38,273 nt of DNA from Burkholderiales bacterium (lineage in GTDB: Bacteria; Pseudomonadota; Gammaproteobacteria; Burkholderiales; JACQAP01), in contig DATFUO010000098.1 of assembly GCA_035260785.1 (NCBI GenBank), forward strand, positions 1-38,273. The letters are read 5' to 3'. The notes beneath the pieces are model-generated. The model worked only from the letters and a program-made list of their open reading frames with translations, was not told the origin of the DNA and did no database searches. The translations under genes were made by a program, and so were the position numbers. Positions 32,276 through 38,273 of the stretch are shown in pieces. Within the stretch, counting starts at the first letter, position 1, and the number at the start of each line of letters is the position of its first letter.

Positions 32276-33307
32276 CTATTTCTTCCTGGTTCTGCGGGAT
32301 TCGACCTCGGCGGCGATGCGATTGACCGCCTGCAGATTTTCCTTGCCGACGACGTTCTCGAACCTGGCTTGCACCGGAAGCAATGCTTCCTTCCATGCCT
32401 TGCGCTGCGCGTTGGACAATACATAGACCTCGGTCTTGCCGGATGCCTTTACGGCTGCAAGCGCATCGTCGTTTTCCTTCTTGGCGATATCGCGTTCGTA
32501 GCGGGTGGCCTCGGCCATCGCCTTTTCCAACTGGCCGCGAATATCCGCAGGCAATCCTTCCCAGAATTTCCGGTTGGTGATCACCGCGTAAACCAGGCAG
32601 CCGTGGTCGGAAATGGTGAGGTGAGACTGGACCTCGTACATTTTCTGGGTGTAGAGATTCGACAGCGGATTCTCCGTACCGTCGACGACTTTCTGCTGCA
32701 GCGCCGAGTAGACTTCGGAAAATGCCATCACCTGGGGCAGCGCGCCGAGTTCGCGCATCATGGCCTCCAGTACCTTCGATGACTGGATGCGCATCTTCAA
32801 TCCACGGAAGTCTTCCGGTTTGCGCAGCGGCCGGTTGGCGGAGAATTGCTTGAAGCCATTGTCCCAGTACGCCAGTCCCTTGAGCCCTTTGGGCTCGAGC
32901 TTGGCGAACAGATTCCGGCCGATTTCGCCGTCGGTGACGCGGTCTACCGTCTCGGCGTCGGGGATCAGGTAAGGCAGATCGAACAACTCGAATTCGCGCA
33001 CGCCCAGCGGGCCGAACTTCGACACCGAAGGCGCCAGCATCTGCACCGCACCGCGTTGCAACGCCTCCATCTCCTCCCGGTCTTTGTAGAGCTGGCTGTT
33101 CGGGTAGAGCTCGACCCGGACGCGCCCGCCGGTGTATTGCTCGGCAAGCTGCCTGAATTTCTCCGCGGCCTTGCCCTTCGGCGTGTCATTCGCCACGACG
33201 TGGCTGAACCTGACGATGACCGGCTCCGCCGCCTGCGCGGCGGTCGCGCCAGTCAGAAACAAAAGTGCAAACAGCATTTTTTTCATTGTCAACTTCGGCG
33301 CGGACAT
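32276..33307 (-). CDS. dctP: TRAP transporter substrate-binding protein (DctP family)
   Basis: Signal peptide (MKKMLFALLFLTGATAAQA), then DctP-family motifs (IVRFSHVVANDTPKGKAAEKF, GLKMRIQSS with the conserved carboxylate-binding Arg). The start may be 33307, 33286 or 33277. Confidence 0.9.
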   Translation of the reverse strand: MSAPKLTMKKMLFALLFLTGATAAQAAEPVIVRFSHVVANDTPKGKAAEKFRQLAEQYTGGRVRVELYPNSQLYKDREEMEALQRGAVQMLAPSVSKFGPLGVREFELFDLPYLIPDAETVDRVTDGEIGRNLFAKLEPKGLKGLAYWDNGFKQFSANRPLRKPEDFRGLKMRIQSSKVLEAMMRELGALPQVMAFSEVYSALQQKVVDGTENPLSNLYTQKMYEVQSHLTISDHGCLVYAVITNRKFWEGLPADIRGQLEKAMAEATRYERDIAKKENDDALAAVKASGKTEVYVLSNAQRKAWKEALLPVQARFENVVGKENLQAVNRIAAEVESRRTRKK

Positions 33308-33366
33308 TGATCAGTGCGTCATTTATTCAGTGCGACGCGTGCGCCGTCCTCCGGGGTTCGATTCTA

Positions 33367-34719
33367 TCAGCCCGGTTCCCATTCCGGCGCGATGCCGGGC
33401 TCCGCCGCGGCGGCGCGAAACTCCGCCGCCACGCCGATGCCCGGGACCCAGGCAAGTTGCTCGCCGAAGAATACCAGCGGCATGCGGCTGCGCTCCCATG
33501 GCGGAATCGCATGCTCCTGCAGCAGGCTCTTGAGCGCACGTCGCGGCCTGTTCTCCCCGGGTTGCATGCGCTCGCCGCCGCTGCGACCCCGTACCGTCGC
33601 CGCGCGAATTTCAAAATGCCGACTGGCGATGCCTTCACCGACCACCGCCCGCGAGCGCAATACTCCGAGGCCGTCGGGCAGGACCAACTCGTGATGCCCG
33701 TCCCAGCGCGATTGCCAGTTGGATGGCATATCCGGGGAATTCTCCACGAGTTCCACGCGGTCGCGGTAGCAGCGCAGGACGGCGTCGCCGAACGTGACCT
33801 GGATTTCCGCGTCGCGCCCGGCTTCGCGGCATTGCCGCAGGGCTTCCTCCAACCTTGTGCGCGGCGGCATCAGCGATTCGCGGTCCGCGAATAGCTGGCG
33901 CAGCAGGTTCAGCGCGCGCGCGTCGGACAACTGACGCAGGCGTTCCGCCGAAATTGCACTACGGTCGAGAGACTGTGCATCGATGCGTGCCAGTTCTTCG
34001 GCAAGCAATGCGTAGTCAGCAAGGTTGCGGGCGGCTCGCGCCAGCGTTTCACGATAACCCGGAAAGCGCGCGTCCAGCTGCACCAGCAACTCGTTGCGCA
34101 GGTAATTACGGTCATAGCGCGAATCGGTGTTGCTGTCGTCCTCTACCCATTCCAGCCGCCTCGATTTGGCATACGCCTCGATGTCCTTGCGGCGAAGGTC
34201 GAGCAAGGGGCGCAGGATGCGCGGCGACGACGCCTTGCCGTCCATCGCGGATTCCTGTGCCCTGACGACCGGCATGCCGGCCAGGCCCTTCGGCCCGGCA
34301 CCGCGCAACAGCTGCAGCAGCAAGGTCTCGGCCTGATCATCGAGGTGATGCGCGAGCGCCACGAAATCGGCATCGATCGAGGCATAGGCGCGGTATCGCA
34401 CTCTGCGCGCGGCCGCTTCCACCCCGGAACCATCGGGCGTCACCTGTACGCGGCGCACGGTCAGCGCAATTGCGCGCCGTTCGCACAGCGAACGGCAGAA
34501 TGCCTCCCATTCGCCGGCATGCGGGCTGATCTGATGATTGACATGAATGGCCGAGAGAGACAATTCTCTTGAGGCGTGCAGTCGATGGAAAAGATCGAGC
34601 AGTACCACCGAGTCCATGCCGCCGCTGAGTCCGATCGCGACGCGCTTTGCGCGTACCGCGTGAGCCTCCAGCACGCCATCCAGAATTTCCGTGAATTCGT
34701 CGGTCATGGTCGTTGCCAA
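33367..34719 (-). CDS. tilS: tRNA(Ile)-lysidine synthase
   Basis: PP-loop motif GLSGGMDSVVLL and full-length TilS architecture. The track start is TTG 34719; ATG 34707 (MTDEFTEIL...) is an equally plausible start. Confidence 0.9.
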   Translation of the reverse strand: MATTMTDEFTEILDGVLEAHAVRAKRVAIGLSGGMDSVVLLDLFHRLHASRELSLSAIHVNHQISPHAGEWEAFCRSLCERRAIALTVRRVQVTPDGSGVEAAARRVRYRAYASIDADFVALAHHLDDQAETLLLQLLRGAGPKGLAGMPVVRAQESAMDGKASSPRILRPLLDLRRKDIEAYAKSRRLEWVEDDSNTDSRYDRNYLRNELLVQLDARFPGYRETLARAARNLADYALLAEELARIDAQSLDRSAISAERLRQLSDARALNLLRQLFADRESLMPPRTRLEEALRQCREAGRDAEIQVTFGDAVLRCYRDRVELVENSPDMPSNWQSRWDGHHELVLPDGLGVLRSRAVVGEGIASRHFEIRAATVRGRSGGERMQPGENRPRRALKSLLQEHAIPPWERSRMPLVFFGEQLAWVPGIGVAAEFRAAAAEPGIAPEWEPG

Positions 34720-34727
34720 TCAGTCTG

Positions 34728-34760
34728 CCAAAACAAGATACCCCGCTCGCGCGGGGTATC
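34728..34760 (-). terminator. rho-independent terminator after accA
   Basis: Perfect 10-bp GC-rich stem GATACCCCGC (34737-34746) / GCGGGGTATC (34751-34760) with a 4-nt loop. On the minus strand it is followed by TTGTTTTGG. Confidence 0.65.
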
Positions 34761-34789
34761 CGGAGGAATCGTCGGGGCATCGCGACGAT

Positions 34790-35758
34790 TCAGCGACCTG
34801 CCGCTTCCTTGAACTTGCCATGGGCCATCAGACGTTCGAAGCGAGCCTCAATGAGCGCGTCGATCGGTTTTTCCTGGGCTTCCGACAGCGCATCCATGAG
34901 CGCTTTGCGCAAGGTCTGCATGATCGCCGTCGGATCCCGGTGGGCGCCGCCTGGCGGTTCCGCAACGACACGGTCGACCAGTCCCAGGGTCTTGAGCCGG
35001 TTGGCCGTAATTCCCAGGGTTTCGGCGGCATCCGGCGCCTTGTCCGCACTTTTCCACAGGATCGACGCGCAGCCTTCGGGAGAAATCACCGAGTAGATCG
35101 AATATTGCAGCATGAGCATGACGTCGCCAACGGCGATCGCCAAGGCGCCGCCGGATCCGCCTTCACCGATGATCGTCACCACGATCGGCACGCGCAACTC
35201 GGACATCGCATACAGATTGCGGCCAATCGCTTCCGATTGTCCGCGCTCCTCCGCCCCGACTCCGGGATAAGCGCCCGGCGTGTCGACGAACGTCATCACC
35301 GGCACGCCGAATTTCTCTGCAAGCTTCATCAGCCGCAGCGCCTTGCGATACCCTTCCGGTTTCGGCATGCCGAAATTGCGATAGAGCTTGTCCTTGGTGT
35401 CACGCCCTTTCTGGTGGCCGATCACCATGACCGTCTGGCTGCCGAAGCGCGCCAGCCCGCCGACAATCGATGGATCCTCCGCGAACAGGCGGTCGCCTTG
35501 CAGTTCCTCGAAATCGGTGAACAGATTCTGGAAGTAGTCCAGCGAGTACGGCCGCTGCGGATGGCGTGCCACCTGGGAAATCTGCCACGCCGAAAGCTTC
35601 GCGTAGATGTCCCGGGTCAGCGTACTGCCCTTCTTCTGCAGGCGCGAAATTTCCTCCGAGATGTCGACCGCGGAATCGTCCTGCACGTAGCGCAGCTCCT
35701 CGATCTTCGCCTCGAGCTCGGCGATCGGCTGCTCGAAATCCAGAAATGTCGTCTTCAT
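34790..35758 (-). CDS. accA: acetyl-CoA carboxylase carboxyltransferase subunit alpha
   Basis: [23 protein letters not shown]... aligns from residue 1 with E. coli AccA. 322 aa. Confidence 0.96.
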   Translation of the reverse strand: MKTTFLDFEQPIAELEAKIEELRYVQDDSAVDISEEISRLQKKGSTLTRDIYAKLSAWQISQVARHPQRPYSLDYFQNLFTDFEELQGDRLFAEDPSIVGGLARFGSQTVMVIGHQKGRDTKDKLYRNFGMPKPEGYRKALRLMKLAEKFGVPVMTFVDTPGAYPGVGAEERGQSEAIGRNLYAMSELRVPIVVTIIGEGGSGGALAIAVGDVMLMLQYSIYSVISPEGCASILWKSADKAPDAAETLGITANRLKTLGLVDRVVAEPPGGAHRDPTAIMQTLRKALMDALSEAQEKPIDALIEARFERLMAHGKFKEAAGR

Positions 35759-35806
35759 GAAGCCGTATTGTAGCGGCAGTTCGACAGCTGCATGGGCGAT
35801 GCCGGG

Positions 35807-36082
35807 CTATTTGCCGTACTGGGACGCCAGATAGTCGACGATTTTCTGCACGTCCGTGTCGGCGACGGGAGCGCCCATCGCCTTGATCATCTTGTTCACG
35901 GAAGCTTCCCAACCCTTGCGGTCGAGGAACGGCGAGTTCATCTGAATGTAATCGAGGCTGTGGCACATCGAACAATTCGCCTCGACCAGTTGTTTTCCGG
36001 GGCCATCCTTCAGATGAACATCGCCTTCTCCGGCAAACGCGGGGAAGGCGCAAAGCAATGCGAAAACCATGAGTGTTCTCAT
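35807..36082 (-). CDS. sorB: monohaem cytochrome c, SorB-like electron-acceptor subunit of sulfite dehydrogenase
   Basis: 91 aa with a signal peptide (MRTLMVFALLCAFPAFA) and a single CSMCH haem-binding motif. It starts 8 nt after the sorA-like gene, and the TAGGAG Shine-Dalgarno contains the sorA stop codon. Confidence 0.7.
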   Translation of the reverse strand: MRTLMVFALLCAFPAFAGEGDVHLKDGPGKQLVEANCSMCHSLDYIQMNSPFLDRKGWEASVNKMIKAMGAPVADTDVQKIVDYLASQYGK

Positions 36083-36090
36083 CTGATCTC

Positions 36091-37323
36091 CTAAGTCGCT
36101 TCGATCTCGACGCGCTGGACCACGTTATTGTGGTAGCCGGCGGGATTGAAAATCAGCTCGAAAGTCTGCGTGCCGCCGGCGCGGTTGGTCGCCCTGGCCA
36201 GCACCGCATGTCGGCCCGGCCGCGCCGGTGTAAAGCGGTGCGACCACTGGCGCCACGAGTAGCGGCCCAGATCCGCACCCAGTTGCGCCGTTTGCCAGAT
36301 CTTTCCCTCGTCTTCCGACACCTCGACCGTGGCGATGCCGTAGCCGCCGTCCCAGGCCACACCCGCGACCATGACGGCTTCTCCCTGGCGGACCTTTTTA
36401 CCATTCTCCGGACTGGTGATCAGCGAGTTGACCACCATCTCCGTGATCGGCGTATTGGCCTCGGTTTCCTGGCTGACGAAACGATCGATGACCGGGAATT
36501 TCCCTTTCGGAATCCGGTAGGCGGGATTCATCCAGAAGCCCTTGAAGGGTTGCGAAATCGCGCTGATCGATGTCACATGCTTCATCCAGTAGGTGGCAGT
36601 CCATCCCGGCACGACGATGCGAGCCGGATAGCCATTCCAGTGCGGCAGTTTTTCGCCATTCATTGCGAATGCCACCAAGGTGTTTTCGTCCATCGCCTTC
36701 CACACTGGAAGACTCTTTACGAAATCCGGTGTCTTGTCGAGTACCGGACCATCCGCGCCGTCCAGCACGATTTCCACCGCCTCTTTCTTCAGACCCGCCT
36801 TGTTGAGCAGATCGCGCAGCCGCACACCCCGCCATTTCGCGTTGCCGATTGCGCCATGGCCCCACTGGACGCCTGGAACGTGCGGCTGCGACAAGCCGCG
36901 GCGGTTACCGGAACACATGCAGACCGCAGCGACTTCGACTATCTCGAAATCGCGTGTCAGATTCTCGTAAGTCAATTCGAGCGGCTTTTCCAGCGACTCT
37001 CCGCCGATGGACAATTTCCACTGCGACGCATCAACGGCCTCTGGAATCCCGGCCAGGTGATAACGCACGAAAAATGCGTTGTTCGGGGTAAATGCCTCGT
37101 TGAAGTAAGCGACCGGGGTTTCGAAATTCGGCGCACGGAAGGACTTTTTGATCAGCGGCAGCTTTCCGGACAGACTGCCCATTTGCGAGGCCTCGAGCGT
37201 GCCGGAAGGCAATGCGGCCGGCCCAAACTCATTTGCCGCGCGCGCAAATCCCAGCCGGTTTGCACCACCCGCGAGCAGCAATCCGCCTGCGGAAACCTTG
37301 AGAAACTCCCGTCTGGATTTCAT
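36091..37323 (-). CDS. sorA: molybdopterin-dependent sulfite dehydrogenase catalytic subunit (SUOX family, SorA-like)
   Basis: Tat signal (MKSRREFLKVSAGGLLLAGG...A) and the SUOX-family Mo-ligand cysteine context CMCSGNRRG. 410 aa with a C-terminal dimerisation-type domain. AGGAGAAGG Shine-Dalgarno. Confidence 0.8.
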   Translation of the reverse strand: MKSRREFLKVSAGGLLLAGGANRLGFARAANEFGPAALPSGTLEASQMGSLSGKLPLIKKSFRAPNFETPVAYFNEAFTPNNAFFVRYHLAGIPEAVDASQWKLSIGGESLEKPLELTYENLTRDFEIVEVAAVCMCSGNRRGLSQPHVPGVQWGHGAIGNAKWRGVRLRDLLNKAGLKKEAVEIVLDGADGPVLDKTPDFVKSLPVWKAMDENTLVAFAMNGEKLPHWNGYPARIVVPGWTATYWMKHVTSISAISQPFKGFWMNPAYRIPKGKFPVIDRFVSQETEANTPITEMVVNSLITSPENGKKVRQGEAVMVAGVAWDGGYGIATVEVSEDEGKIWQTAQLGADLGRYSWRQWSHRFTPARPGRHAVLARATNRAGGTQTFELIFNPAGYHNNVVQRVEIEAT

Positions 37324-37352
37324 TACCTTCTCCTGTCTTGTGCGCGGAACGC

Positions 37353-38273
37353 TCAGAACAGTACGCCGCTCTGCCCGCGAGGATCGCTCGCGGATTCGAT
37401 CCGCCCTGTTTTCTTGTCGAAGAACACCGCCTGCATGTTACCCCACCTGCGCCGGCCGACTTCCACGGCATGCCCCTTGGCTTTCATCGCGTCGACCCAG
37501 GGATCCGGGAAGCCGTCCGGCTCGATCTCTACGCGGTCCGGCAAATACTGGTGATGGAAGCGTGGAGCAGCCACTAAACGCGCGAGATCGGTTTGCGGTT
37601 GATCGATGTAATCGAGAATTCCCTTCAGCACCATCGAAATGATGCGCGATCCGCCAGGCGTGCCCAGCACAAGAACACCGCGATCGTCCTCGACAAAAGT
37701 CGGCGACATGGACGATAGCGGTCGCTTGCCCGGTTCGATGGCGTTGGCCAGGCTACCCACCAGCTGGTACAAATTGGGCACGCCAGGCACGAGAACAAAA
37801 TCGTCCATATGGTTGTTCAGCAGCACCCCGGTTTCGCCGGCAACGAAGCCGGATCCGAACGGCCCGTTCACCGACAGGGTGGCCGCGACCCGGTTGCCGT
37901 CCGCGTCGATAATCGAGAAATGCGTGGTCTCGGTGCTTTCATCGGCGTTTTCCGCCTCTTGCCCGAGCTTGCTGCTCGGCGTTGCGTGCGCCGGATCGAT
38001 CGAAGCGCCGCGGCGCCGGGCGTAATCACGCGATGCCAGCTTTGCCACGGGGACGGCAAAGAATTGCGGATCGCCCATATAGCGCGCGCGATCCTGGTAG
38101 CCGCGGCGCATCGCCTCGACGGCGTAATGCGCCCGGTCGGTTACCGACAGTTCGCTGAGATCCACCGATTCGAGGATGAACAGACTCTGCGCCAGAACCA
38201 GCCCGCCTGAAGACGGCAGCGGTGCAGTGGTGATCTTCGCACCGCGATAGTTGAATTGGACCGGCGGGCGCTC
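37353..38273 (-). CDS. ggt: gamma-glutamyltransferase, C-terminal about 306 aa (5' end outside the window)
   Basis: The GTG 'start' at 38165 in the track is internal. The frame stays open to the window edge (ERPPVQFNYRGAKITTAPLPSSGGLVLAQSLFILESVDLSEL...). It contains the GGT PxPSSGG motif and the autoprocessing/nucleophile site ESTETTHFSIIDADGN. Confidence 0.9.
   Translation of the reverse strand, partial: ERPPVQFNYRGAKITTAPLPSSGGLVLAQSLFILESVDLSELSVTDRAHYAVEAMRRGYQDRARYMGDPQFFAVPVAKLASRDYARRRGASIDPAHATPSSKLGQEAENADESTETTHFSIIDADGNRVAATLSVNGPFGSGFVAGETGVLLNNHMDDFVLVPGVPNLYQLVGSLANAIEPGKRPLSSMSPTFVEDDRGVLVLGTPGGSRIISMVLKGILDYIDQPQTDLARLVAAPRFHHQYLPDRVEIEPDGFPDPWVDAMKAKGHAVEVGRRRWGNMQAVFFDKKTGRIESASDPRGQSGVLF

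Noticed and set aside
30436-33331. The 7-mer ATTCAGT is present at both ends of the TRAP operon (30436-30442 and 33324-33330). I considered it as possible target-site duplication or insertion boundaries.
   Set aside because: A 7-nt match in a 38-kb window is expected by chance. There are no inverted repeats, no integrase or transposase, and no compositional break.
33340-33400. Searched for a sigma54 (-24 GG / -12 GC) promoter upstream of dctP, as found at DctD-regulated dct genes. TGGGAACCGGGCTGA looked similar at first.
   Set aside because: The GG-to-GC spacing does not fit TGGCAC-N5-TTGC in any register, and there is no dctBD-like regulator nearby.

Overview
This is a GC-rich, very densely packed core-genome segment with proteobacterial (most likely betaproteobacterial) gene order. 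I call 38 protein genes, 37 of them on the minus strand, plus one tRNA-Leu(CAG) on the plus strand.

Three classic housekeeping clusters lie end to end:
- lpxD-skp-bamA-rseP-dxr-cdsA-uppS-frr-pyrH-tsf-rpsB
- rlmB-rnr-[tRNA-Leu]-purA-hisZ-DUF2065-hflC-hflK-hflX-hfq
- der-bamB-yfgM-hisS-ispG-rodZ-pilW-rlmN-ndk

After these come a divergent SPOR-domain gene, a dctPQM-type TRAP transporter, tilS, accA, a sorAB-type periplasmic sulfite dehydrogenase and the 3' part of ggt.

Intergenic gaps are short (at most about 165 nt). I see no mobile elements, CRISPR array, integrase, toxin-antitoxin or defence-like genes, and no unassigned coding space large enough to hold a system.

My honest verdict is that the window looks ordinary. 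I found no convincing evidence of a novel multi-gene system. The items worth a second look are small-scale:
- a possible ggt-sorA-sorB operon
- a TRAP transporter with no neighbouring regulator or enzyme, and a direct repeat in front of it
- a candidate leaderless accA start
- a strong terminator immediately before tilS
- a long structured rpsB leader
- tRNA-Leu sitting where E. coli has nsrR, with an AT-rich repeat-bearing 3' flank
- domain-architecture differences in RNase R and HflX

Many long ORFs in the supplied track are antisense shadows or N-terminal over-extensions typical of GC-rich DNA. Where possible I trimmed starts to conserved N-termini and to start/stop overlaps.
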